Shown here one piece after another: positions 1-12,302 of a stretch of DNA of 64,000 nucleotides. Both the position numbers and the translations under genes were made by a program. The stretch is from Octopus vulgaris (lineage: Eukaryota). Location of the stretch: the NCBI GenBank assembly GCA_951406725.2, contig OX597821.1:25048001-25112000 (forward strand), in the 5' to 3' direction. The stretch's first letter is position 1. Each line of letters opens with the position of its first letter. Under the pieces are notes generated by a model that saw only the letters and a program-made list of their open reading frames with translations, was not told the DNA's origin and made no database searches.

Positions 1-849
1 TGTAAGTTTTTGAAAAGGGAAGTGCAACCTGTTTAGCTGCACCCAGATTCACATCGACAGTGTATATCTGCATTTATATAAAGTCTCTACACAGCAACCC
101 TCACACAATTCATCTCCTAACACACATACACACACCAATTCACCTCTCAAAACACAAGCACACATACATGCACATCACCATCACACACACACACACACAC
201 ACACACGTGTGCACACATACACACCACTTCACCTTCCAACAGATTTTAAATCCTAATTTTCTCTTTTTATTTTAAAAATATTAATCCTTTAATTTTGATC
301 CCTAGCTAACAGCTCCATTGATAGTTAACCCTTGGATGCTGGCTGTAATGATGAGGAGCTACTTAAAACAGATAATCACTAGTGAAGGGATCATTTATGA
401 GAGATTCTGTTTTAATTCCTTGGGTAAGTTATAAACATTACATTCTGTAACAGGAGAGGGAGAGGAGAGTCAACAGTCTTCCTAAGCTCAACCCAATTGA
501 AGGTCATAGGGCACCATCTGAGGTTTGGCCTTACTAATGGGGCTAAGCATGCATGATTCAGAGATGTAGAATCAAAATGAAACTTCAAAATCACCCAAAC
601 TCATTAACCAGCTCATTTTCAAGATGCCTCAGTAAATCAGTAAAGCAGTGCCATTAGTGATTTAAGGGACAAATTTTGAGATTCACTAAATATTAAAACA
701 GTGAACAATTCATCACATAAAGGGATGCTAAGGGGATGTTTTTTTTACAATAATACAGCAAAGATAATTGATGGTTGGAGGGATGCCTTCCAGAGAGAAA
801 GATTGTTATATAAACATCATCTGAAGCCCATAGACTTGTATACAATATT

Positions 850-859
850 TCTATATTAT

Positions 860-890
<31 letters not shown>

Positions 891-1247
891 CAAATATATA
901 TAAATGGCAAAATATCTGCGTGTGTGTCCTTTACACAAATCCACAATTTTTCAGTTAGAGGGCTCGCACTTTCTATGGTCATTTAAAACCGTCCAATGGT
1001 GGTCGTGCACATCTTTACATTTTCCCAGTCACCCCGCAAAGCCATTAAAAAATCAATAGAAGTGATTTTTGGTGAATTTTCTATCCAAAACCCAATCAAA
1101 ATGCCCAAAACTTGATACATCAATTGAATGCCAGCTAGCTGTATGTGATTGGTTGGAGATTTGGACAGTACTCGCGTGTATGTGCGCACGCAGCTGTATA
1201 TGCATGCACTAGCACTATGACCCTACGTTACTGGCTCATAATGCTAG
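850..1247 (+). mobile_element. Possible non-autonomous Helitron
   Basis: Begins TCTATA near a TA run; ends with imperfect hairpin tatgaccc...ggctcata followed by CTAG|T. Confidence 0.4.
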
Positions 1248-4200
1248 TACAAATATATTAAAGTTCTTAAATAGGAGAGTTTAATGGAGAAGAGAAAAAC
1301 TTTCAGAAAATTCTTAGAGCAGTTTCGTTGAAGAATGGTTGTTCAACATTAGTGCAGGACCCCCTTAGCAGCATTATAGGCCTCCAGGGAAATCAGTGCA
1401 CTTGGCTCTTTAGTATTTACTTGTTGATAGCATGCCGTAACATACATAGATCAGAATTGGGCCTCAGGGCAACTGCCCAGTGCATCCATGCCTTAAGAAA
1501 GCACTGCATGGATAAGCTTCAACTTCCAGGTAAGGGGTTCAAATAAAAGACCCACCCTTGAAATGGAGTCTAACTCTAGATAAGACCTGACTGAGCAGAT
1601 CTCGGATCAAAGAATATTTTAGCCCTGACAAGCATGTCTTGATTGCATTCCGTATTAAATGTCTAATGGGTCCTTCCTTATTTAAGATCCGTACAACCAC
1701 AAAGCTCCCACATTGACTTGACAGATCCAGCTTGGTCAATAGATTAGGATGTTCAGTTTCTCTGGATACTATGATAGACAACAACAGGAAAAACACCAAC
1801 TTCATAGCAGCAATCATTCACCATGTTAATTAGTTAGAAAGAAGCATGGTTAATAAAAACACCAAAAAATGGCAAAAAAAAAAAAAAAAAATAGTAAACA
1901 TGCAGAACTAATTCTATTTTACAACTGCCACAATTTGCCATCTCCTGTAACTCCTATCTTTTGTGTAATGGGAACTTTTTTGATTTTTTTTTTTCTTTTA
2001 TTATTATTATTTGCTGGGTCAAGAGGACGAGGGCAGTACCCAGTGTCTTTGCAAGCCCTAGATAGGTGAGATTGATGTCATTAACAGACTTGAAAATTTT
2101 AAAACTATATTTTTAATTGTTGTGGGAAAGAAATGAGCAGGATGGGAACTCCAGAGGACTGATGTTAAAGGAAGGAAGGGCTGAATACAGTGATTAATGT
2201 AGAGCTGGTGGAGGAGGGACTAGCTGGAGCATTGCTAATGCAGCTATATGTGATATACCCAGTGCACAACGTAATAGGTAGGGCTTGAACCTATGACTAA
2301 TCTAGAGAGGTAGCAGATTTAATCCATTCATAAGTGACTTGTGACCCATAGGACTTTCTGAATGGCACACTTAACAAAAAATGACCATGGATTTTTTTTT
2401 AGTAGAGCAGTCTGCATGATGATGAGCCAAGTCTCATGTGGCTTGCTTGGAAAAGGTTGCCCACCCTGGTCTGCTCTATGGTCTGGTGTAACACCACCAG
2501 GTGGCCTTCAGAATGTTTTTCAAAGTCCACATTGTTGCAGATATTAGGACCCGGTCTCTAGCCTTACAACCTACTAATTATTGATTCTTCCTATCACCTG
2601 TCCAAGGGACCTAGTGAGAAGGACATGGATCTTGCTTTTTCTCTTCTGACTAAATCCTAAAAAAAAGGTTAAAAGTAAAAAAGGAAAGCTATCTAGTCTG
2701 ATGCCACATCATCTCAGTAGTGTGATGGAAGAATTATAGTGAACAATGATAGCAGTTACAGGTACACATGTGATGGCTGTCATCATCAATACTGTATTAT
2801 ATCCTGATTGAACCAGACACTGAACCAACCCCTGCCCTGCATACCCAACTACAGTGAGGTCACAATGACACAACAGTGGAGTAAGTGAACTAAAGAATTC
2901 GGTAAATGTTACAGTTTGTAGATCTACCCAATCATCACCAATCCTCCTCCACCTCCTTTTAACATCCGTTTTTCCATGCTGGCATGGGTTGGACAGTTTG
3001 ACCAGAGCTGGCAAGCTGGAGAGCCGCACCAGGTTCCAGTTTAATTTTGCTCAGTTTCTACGGCTGGATGCCCTTACTAAGGCCAACCACTGTACAGTGT
3101 GTGATGGTGTTTTTAATGTGGGACCAGGACAAGCACTTATGTGACGCCAGCACATGGAAAAGACAGATGAAAGGTTTTTTTGTTTTTTTTGTTTTCTCTT
3201 CTTATTTGAATAACATTCCCATCTTAGCCAGTTCAGAGAAACCTGAGAAGCAAGGCTTTTTTTTTTTATGAAACAGAACCACAGACAGAACTGAGCTAAA
3301 CCTTAACAGCTAACAACCAGGTGGACTGTATTCACTAAATAGTATCTATTCTGAGCTAGATGGACTGTACATCCTCATGGTAGCTATTTACAGGCAAGAA
3401 GACTGATTCACTACATGGTATCTTTTTATAGCTATGTGGACTGCAGGTACTACAGGGCATCTATTTAGATATAGATACATCTGTACCTACATGATAGCTT
3501 TTTTTGTTTTTCAGACTTCACACTCAGATGCTACAGATAGATTTCAGACACAGCTTGGTGGATTGTGCCAATGACTTCATCACAAACACAGTAGGACAGC
3601 AGAGAAAAGGGATGAAATCCTGACTTCATCTCATAACCCCTGACCTCAGCTCATTATTGCAATCTCATTGACCCTGGTGCAATCTTGGCAGTTGTAAATT
3701 AGAATAAGATTTTAAAAAAGTTAAGAATTGTTAAAAAGGGAAAAAATAAAATAAAATAAAATTTTAAAACAAAAATAAAGAAACAAAAGAGAACAAAAGA
3801 TAACGAGTTTGCTGGCAATTGAGACCCATTCCTACACGAGGAATGACTTTTAATTTAATTAAACTCAACATACAAAATATAGTCTCGTTCAATTAAAAGA
3901 AAAAAAAACAAAACAAAAACGAAAAAAAAACATGCAAAGAGATTGGGGTAACAACAGCAACAACAATAAAAGGCCATTCTGGCATTTGATGGTATGGACA
4001 GTGGTCAGTTGAGATGTCTTCGTTAGGTGGATGTTGGGTCATCTCAGCAGACTTTTGGTTTCAATTTCTTCAGTTTTATCCAGAGATGATAGAGGAACAT
4101 TAGTAGTAGTAACACACACCCAGGTGTGTGTACACACCTGGGTTGAGTAAATGCAAAAATGATGCAGTAGTGTGTGTGTGTGTTACAAATGTGTCTGTAT

Positions 4201-5074
4201 GTAGTATAGTATAAAATACACAAAAGGTGGGGGCACAGTCGCCATAAACTTTGCAGTCCTCCCTGATTGTAAAACCTGCCCCTCCCACAAACAACCTCAA
4301 TAAATAACTATTCACTCCTCAGATCAAATACTTCCATAGTAATTACTAATTAATTAAGATATAAATTTACAAAAAAAGTGGAAAGCAAGTGAGAGGGAGA
4401 TCGACAACTAATCAACTCTCAGAATAATCTATATTTCAGCCAATCATATCACAGAAATTTACATCATAAACATATTGCAAATGTGAGGAGGTGGAGGAAG
4501 GGGTGCAGAGTTGTGTGGACTGATCCCCCACTATATTACAGGTAACAATGGAAAATGACCCTCCAGGAAGCCCCTTCAGATGACTAGAAGCAACATACTA
4601 ATTATATTGAAGTGCTTACTTTTATCCCTGACAGTTCTGAGTTCAAATCTAACCACAGTCGATCTTGCTTTTCACTCCTCTAAGGTAAATACAATAAATA
4701 CTCCTCATGGTCAACTGTCCACTATATTCCTTTTTACTATTTTAGCCATTTTTTATTTTATAAATAATAATAATAAAAAATATAATAATGGGTGTTTCAT
4801 TCATCATCTTTAAACAAACCTTATTCAGAGGCCTTTTGAGCAGAATGGACTACTCAACCTGAAGAAAATTCTGGGTCCCATCTGCAAGGTCATGCACTGC
4901 TTATCTTGACATGAGATCACCATGTCATGCATGTGCCTGGTGTACCCTTATCAGATGGGTAGTCATGATGGGTATATTGAGCTTCCTATATCTGTACCCC
5001 AGTGTCACATTGATGGCATACACTGCTCTCTCATTCAATAATAATAATTGATGATGATGATGATGATAATGATA

Positions 5075-5790
5075 ACAATCCTTTCTATATTAGGTGCAAG
5101 GCCTGAAATTCTGGGGGATAGGACTAGTTGATTACAGCATTTCGTTGCAACTTACTTTATCAGCTCCCTTAATAATTCTTTCTACTATATGTACAGTGCC
5201 TGAGATTTTGGTGGCAGTGGTAGTTGCTTATATTGATGCCAGAGTTCAGCTGGTACTTATTTTATCAACCCCAAAAGGATGAAAGTCAAAGTCAACCTCA
5301 GTTGAATTTGAACTCAGAATGTAAAGCCAGAAGAAATAGTGTTAAACATTTTGTCCAGCATGCTAATGAGTCTACTAGCTTGCTGCCTTTGTGGGAGAGG
5401 AGTCAAATCAATTCCAGTACTTAACTGGTACTTACTTTATTTTATTGATCCTCGAAGGATGAATAGACAAAGCTGGCCTCAGTAGAATTTGGATTCAAAG
5501 CAATAAAGAGAACAAGACATTTTGTCCAATGGTCTAACAATTCTGCTAAACAGTCAATTAAATTGGTTTCAAATTTTGACACAAGGCCAATAATTTTTGG
5601 GGAAAGGGTAGGTCAATTACATCAACCCAAGTGCTCAACTGGTACTTTATTTTATTGACCTTGAAAGGATGAAAGGCAAAATTGACCTTGGTGGAATTTG
5701 AACTCAGAACATAATCACAGATGAAATGCTGCTGCTGCTGCTGCTTAGCATTTTGCCTTACATGCTAACAATTCTGCCAGCTAACTGCCT
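5075..5790 (-). mobile_element. Cluster of older family A SINE copies
   Basis: Repeated aaaggatgaaag...aatttgaactcagaa...gcatgctaa...gccagct segments, reverse complements of the 6435 copy. Confidence 0.7.
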
Positions 5791-6239
5791 TAAACAGTCA
5801 ATTAAATTGACACCAGTATATCACTGATATTCTGTTTTATTAACCACCAGAAGGATGTAAAGCAAAGTATTCTCTCAAGCAGAATTTGACCTGAAACAAC
5901 AAGATGTAACTAAATGCAAGGACACTTTTGTTCCAGTGCTTAATAATTTTGGCAATAAACCAATAATGATTTCCAACAGAAGCACAATGGTTCAAACTTA
6001 AGAGGGGCAGTGAATAGTAGATTATTATTAATAAACACCAGCACTTACTGCTGTCTCAAAAATATTTTATTTTCTATTGATCAAAGTTCTAAGTTATAAT
6101 TTTGTCTTTTTCATATGAAGGGGACTCAACACCCATAATTACACACACACACCTATTTATATATATATATGTATATATTTGTGTATGTATGTATGCGTGA
6201 ATATATATATATAAATACACACACACATACACACATATT

Positions 6240-7560
6240 TAGAGAGTTGTTTTCAGTAAAATTGTTGTTTTACTAAATTTCCGGTTTAGTTTCGGACTCA
6301 GAAATCTTATGAAATATTCTTCTTTTGCCTTCCGGAGAAGGTCATTCTCTTCATTTATTTTATGAAGAGGGGAAAATTGTAAATTTTCCTTGTGCACAGA
6401 TGTCCAAATGATCACTACATGGTATGCATCTAAGGCAGCGAGCTTGGCAGAATCGTTAGCACGCCGGGCGAAATGCATAGCCGTATTTCGTCTGCCGTTA
6501 CGTTCTGAGTTCAAATTCCGCCAAGGTCGACTTTGCCTTTCATCCTTTCGGGGTCGATAAATTAAGTACCAGTTGCGCACTGGGGTCGATATAATCGACT
6601 TGATCCGTTTGTCTGTCCTTGTTTGTCCTCTCTGAGTTTAGCCCCTTGTGGGTAGTAAAGAAATAGGTATGCATCTAAGAGCGAGATGTTTTATTTGAAG
6701 TCTATGCACATTTACACGGTTGGTTAGTTTCATTTTTGTTTCCCCAATATACTGTTCGTTGCATCGTGGGCATGTGATACAACATATCAGGTTTTTGCAT
6801 TTGCAGTTTATATTTGTATCCACCTTTAATTCTTTTCCATTCTTGAATTTTTCGGTTGGTCCCTGTTCTATTAAATCACAGGTCCCATATCGGGGGGGTC
6901 TCCACATTTGGTAACTCGCATCATTTCTTTCTCTGATGCAAATCTTGCTTTGGTTAGAAGTTTCTTAAGATTTGGGGGTTGCCTTCGGCTGTTGGTTATT
7001 TGTTGTTCCTTGATTATGTGTCGGAGACTTGGGAACTGGTGTAAGAATGGAAGAAGGCGTTTGGCTGTTTGTAGAATAATGTGGTTCTTGGGATTCTACA
7101 AACAGGCCTACGATGCAACGTACATTACATTGGGGAAACAAAAATGAAACTAACCAACTGTGTAAATGTGCATAGACTTCAAATAAAAAATCTCGCTCTT
7201 AGATGCATACCATGTAGTGATCATTTGGACATCTGTGCACAAGGAAAATTTACAAATTTCCCTCTTCATAAAATAAATGAAGAGAACGGCCTTCTCCGGA
7301 AGGCAGAAGAAGAATATTTCATAAGATTTCTGAGTCCGAAGCTAAACTGGAAATAGTCAACAACAATTTTACTGAAAACAACTTTCACTATATATAATAA
7401 CACATGCTTGAAAACGTTAAGAACTGAAAGCGCTTGCACATCTATAAAAGCAAAGCCCACACACATTTTATGAAATCAGTTCCCAAAGGTTAGTGTCTTT
7501 CGACTTTCTAACAAGGCTCTTTTCTCAGTCTTAATTCTTTGAGAAAAAATCTTCTCTCCA

Positions 7561-7565
<5 letters not shown>
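6240..7565 (-). mobile_element. Penelope-like element remnant (GIY-YIG endonuclease end) with inverted partial copy
   Basis: Minus strand encodes RRQPPNLKKLLTKA...NCKCKNLICCITCPRCNEQYIGETKMKLTNRVNVHR. Plus strand 7110-7356 repeats YIGETKMKLTN...EEYFIRFLSPKLN inverted. Ends in (TA)n. Confidence 0.85.
6435..6665 (+). mobile_element. tRNA-derived SINE (family A, Deu/Nin-domain-like core) with 14-bp TSD
   Basis: A/B-box-like head (tggcagaatcgtta...gagttcaaattcc); core gcctttcatcctttcggggtcgataaattaagtaccag; TSD ggtatgcatctaag at 6421-6434 and 6666-6679. Confidence 0.85.
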
Positions 7566-7607
<42 letters not shown>

Positions 7608-7897
7608 CATACAAACGCACACACGTACACATACAAAAATATACTTTTATAAAAATATACACACACATATACATACAGCTAGACAGATAGTGATGAACTT
7701 TGGAAGAATGAGTGCTCAACACTACATGGATGAATAAATAATTTCTTTTAACAGAATTCAGTGATCCCATACCAATGGTTTCATGCAGTTTTATTTGCAG
7801 TTATTCAATCAGGGTTTAAATAACAGATGACAACTCTACCATTTAACTGATGAGAGTATTGTGTGTGTGTGTGCTCTCTCACACACATGCACAAATA

Positions 7898-8120
7898 TAC
7901 AAGGGGGATACTGAAAAATTTCTAGCTTTGGATGAAAGAAAATACAGGGGGGATTAGTTAATTATGATTTTATTCAATATATCCTTCTCTCAGATTCACA
8001 CACTTATTACAGCAGTCCTTCAGTTTCTGTAAGCCCTGTAAAAGAACTTGGAAGTTTGGGCCTCCAACCAAGCCTTCCACAATACCCTTAAAGCTAGCAA
8101 CTTTTCAGCACCACCTCATG
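7898..8120 (-). mobile_element. Mariner-derived MITE
   Basis: Imperfect TIRs (ctgaaaaatttctagcttt / aaagctagcaacttttcag); internal minus-strand CNKCVNLREGY resembles a mariner C-terminus. Confidence 0.55.
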
Positions 8121-9650
8121 TGTATAAATATATATATATATATATATATACAGACACACACACACACTTGACTTGGCTAATCTACAGGAAGGCTTTGTTA
8201 TGATAGGAAATTGTGTGACATTTATGCCTTCTTCAAGAACAAGAGCAACAAAATATGAAGTGAGATGATTCCAACAAGGAATGGAAACTGGCCAAACAAT
8301 GAGTAAGCTCACAAAGAACTTGGTGTGGGGTATCTAAATTATGAAAAAAAAATTAATTTACTTTTTAAGTTACCAAAGAAAAAAAAAGGTATAAGGAGAT
8401 TAAATCTCACCCAAATATATTACTGGTACTTAATTGATATTCTGAAGGGATGAAAGACAAAATCCTACCATAGCAGGTTTAGCATACAACAGGAAGGCAT
8501 CAAACTAGATACCACAAAAATATCTGGCTCACTTCTGCATCTGTGCTACCACCACCACCACCACCAGCATCAATAACAATAAACAAAACAGAGGGATATA
8601 CTTTTGGATTAGCCACAGCCAAGTCAGGGGTCAGCTACAGCAGGAATTAGAAGCCCTGGGCAATAACAAAAACAACCACATAGTGGAATGTGTAGGGTTT
8701 CAGTGAAAACCCCTTGGTGTTACTCTATTGAAACACCAAGAAAAATAAGGTTTAACAATTTAAGGAGAAACTCTAAAGAATAGAAATTGAACCTAACCTA
8801 CATCTATTTTGACTGAATAGGGGAGGGGCAATGTGGATGGCAGTTTTGATATGAAACTTTTTTGGAATCACAGACTTAGGATGGTTTTGGTAGTTTTAGA
8901 TACTCACTGAATATTCTCAGTAAGCTAAGAGTAGATTTTACAGACTGAGTAAGGAAAGGGTATTCTGGTCTCATTTTATATGCTACAACAGTTCAAGTAT
9001 TTTTCCCTGTTATAACATGGTTGGCTGGTTCTGTATTTTTTGATATAAGCATGTGAATTATTGAATGTGCAAACTACTTAACTGTAACATGTAGTATCTA
9101 TTATCAGCCAAGCAGACTGAGGCACAGTTATGGCAGCATGCTATGTGTCGCAACATAACAGGAGACGCAATGTTCGAACTGAAGCTGTCTTTTCTACAGT
9201 TAACACCCAACCCCTAGGTTAACAAGCTGTTTCTACTGATGTGAAAACAAAATTATTGTAGCCAAAATATTATAGATATGAGGCTGAATTAAGTGTTAAG
9301 ACATGGGAACTAATATTTCACATCAGCCGCATTTAGTAGGTGTGAATATATAACTTGACTAGAAGCACAACAAAGACTACTGCAAGGATAAAACCCTGAT
9401 CTTTGGTTTACTCAGCCATATACCTAAAATCCCTGCCATTATACAAAAATAGATATATATACATTGGAAAAATATTTTCATCTACAATCTCAATTAAAAA
9501 TGAGGAAGGTGTGAGAGATAGGACAGCTTCACAGAGAGAAGTGAGACATGACAGAGATAACACATCTTCACAGAATAATGAGACAGAGCCATTATGAGTA
9601 TCATAGGGTAACGAGATGTCACAGTGCAGTGTGAGTCATAGTGAAATGCT

Positions 9651-9758
9651 AAGTCGTTACAGCATGGTGAGTCGTTACAGCATGATGAGTTGTTACAGCG
9701 TGGTGAGTCGTTACAGCGTGGTGAGTTCACACAGTATGGAGAGTCGTCACAGCATAGT
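9651..9758. repeat. 18-bp minisatellite, 6 units (gagtcgttacagcRtggt)
   Basis: Units start at 9651, 9669, 9687, 9705, 9723 and 9741; degenerate periodicity extends ~9500-9890. Confidence 0.85.
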
Positions 9759-10681
9759 GAATCAGTATCATGATGCAACAAGATAGTGTCACAAAGAGGT
9801 GCAGCATCACAGTGACGTGTGTCGCTGTTACAGAGAAGTGAGACATCACACAGAGGAATGAAAGTGTCACTGTGAGGTGAGGTATCATTTTTACATCTTC
9901 ACAGGTAAAAATTAACAACCAAACAACTCCCGAATGAGTAAAAATAGATTAAAAGGCCAGTTAGCAAAAAAAAAAAAAATACACATTGTGCTTCTGGGTG
10001 GCTGGAATACAGAAATCAACAAATACTTCTGCATTAGACCTTTTGTCTTTACACTAAAAATATAACATGTTTACATTATTTGCAGCACTGAAAATATTGA
10101 AGAGAGTGTGTGTGTGTGTGTGTGTGTGTGTGATCACAGGGAGAAAACATTAAAAAATAGATACACTTTAATAAACTGGAAGACACCGGTCAAGGAAGCA
10201 GCTGACTGAAACTTTAAATAGATTTCCAGAATCATCTCAAATAACTTTTAATAAACAACCTAAAATTAAAATGTAATCTATTCTATTTACACTATTCTCA
10301 AACTCTTCACATAAAAACAAATAAAATACATTGTCATTGAGACATGATTAAAACAAGGGGTTGCATAGCTTGTGGGGTTCATGTATATATACAACATATC
10401 TTTTATCCCAAGTATAAGTCAAGGTTAATCTTCTGCTAAGTTGATAATGTATGTTAAGGTTATAAATAACCTAAGTCTGAACAGACAGATCATCCTAGAC
10501 ATTATTTGTACATATATGCTTGTAGGTGTGTGTAATTGCGGTTTGTAAATGTGCACACGAGTGTGTAATTGTGTGTGTGTATGTATGCACAAATGTAGGT
10601 AAGAAATTATTTACCATAAAACATGTAAGCAAAAGAAATTGGGACAAAAAGGAAAATGAAGGCAAGTAAACAGATTCTCAC

Positions 10682-12302
10682 CGTTTTCTCAGCTTCAAGT
10701 TTGGTATCATAGTCACTAGTGGATTCCCTGAGTTTTTGCTCAAAATCAGCTACACTTATCACAGATTCGGAAGTCTGACACTGACCAACACACTGTTTTG
10801 GCCGAGCAGCAAGCTGCCTGTATTCTAGCAGCTCAGCTTGAGTCTGTTTTAAGTTGGCCTCACACTCAGTCAGTTTGGAAGTGAGATTTTGGTTCAGCTC
10901 AGACATGGCAGCATTATGAGTGATGGACAGTTCACTATGTAGTGAATGTAATGCCTGCTCTTTCTCCTCATTTAACTCGGACTGCATCGACTTATATTTC
11001 TCATCTAAGTTTGCATAATCCAATTTCAGGGATTCTAAGGAAGCGGTGTGTTCTTTAATCAGCAGCTGCTTTGCTTCCTCTACAGCTTGCATTTTCTCAG
11101 ACATTTCCTCATTTTTCTGTGCAAGGAGATCCTGATGCTCACTATGTTGTTTACCAAGCCTCACCTCCATCTCCTCACACTTATCACTTAACTGCTTTAA
11201 ACTCTTCTCTTTCTCATCTTCCAAGAAACTTATCTTTTGACTAAGCAACTCACACTGGTTTTTATTCTGCCTCAGCTCCTCTTCAAGACTACTGTTTTCT
11301 TGTTCCATCTCCTTAATCTGTTCATTGGCCTTACCCAATTTTTCAGTCATCATCTGAAGTGCAATTTCGTGTTCTTTCTGGAAAGCCAAGAAATTATCAG
11401 CACGCTCTTTATCTTTATTCTCATTGAACATACGGATAGCATCCATGAGGTTTTCCTCAACATGACTTGCATTTCTTATAAAATCAATTTGGTTTTGCCG
11501 CATCAGTTCATGTAGTTCACACAGTTGTTCCCGGAACTCTGGCAGGCTGCGTTCCGTGGTGTTTTTAAGAGCCTTCAGTTTGTCTAACGTGACACCAAAG
11601 CTGGCACGACAGGCTTGCAGTTCTCGAGAGAGTTTCTCCGACAGTTCACACTTCTCCTGCAGCATCTTCTGTAGGTCTTCCTTTGGTATCCCCTTATGTA
11701 ACGGAGCTTCAATAGACGACGGCATAGATTCATCAAAGTAAAAATCAGCTGTTGTGAATTCCTGTGAAGTTTCCACTTCAGGAGAGGTGTCTGATGCCAG
11801 ATGACCTTTCCAGTGATGTCTTCGACTTGAAACACTCTCACTGCTCTGTTCAACGCTCTGACTGACTGCATCGGTGTCACAGGAGAGACGGTAGCTGTCA
11901 CTGGCTCCTGCTTGTGTATCACCAACCTGTTTAGCAGGAGATCCAGATTTTATCATTAAATCCTCTTTATCTATGCAAAAATCTTCATCAATGGCAACAG
12001 CTGCTGCATCAGATGAATGCGTGCCAAAATCAACAACGGGGAGGGTTTGGCAATAACTGTCACTACTCTGAGTATGTGGTGAGTTGACAATAGTAAATGG
12101 ACAGATGTTCTGAGATGTAGCAGTAGCAGTATCAGTGGCAGATGCTGACTGACTGGCTTCTTCCTTCTGCTCTTCTTTGTTGGTCAGTTTTAAGGATAAC
12201 CTATCTTCAACCAACTCCGGAGAAATGTTACGAAGATCTTGAAACACTTGCTTACTGACATTCACACAAAGTTGATTATAAAGATTTTTCTTTGGAGGCA
12301 TT
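10682..12302 (-). CDS. RB1CC1: RB1CC1 coding exon 15 (large exon: S/T-rich disordered linker followed by E/K/Q/L-rich coiled coil)
   Basis: gttttccag|A ATG ... ACG|gtgaga; 1621 nt; corresponds to the 564-aa ORF 10607..12301 minus 24 intronic codons. Confidence 0.92.

Noticed and set aside
300-2700. Coding potential in the more GC-balanced stretches
   Set aside because: Short broken ORFs without recognisable motifs; probably ancient retroelement debris that I cannot classify.
3961-4100. Possible downstream RB1CC1 exon (E/K-rich on minus strand)
   Set aside because: The frames checked hit stops and there is no good acceptor/donor pair. No further exon was recognised in 1-10600.
7846-7870. CTGATGA as another hammerhead
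   Set aside because: No stem II or GAAA follows.
10607-12301. 564-aa ORF as a standalone intronless gene
   Set aside because: Bounded by an acceptor at 12303 and a donor at 10681, and in phase with 14 upstream FIP200 exons.
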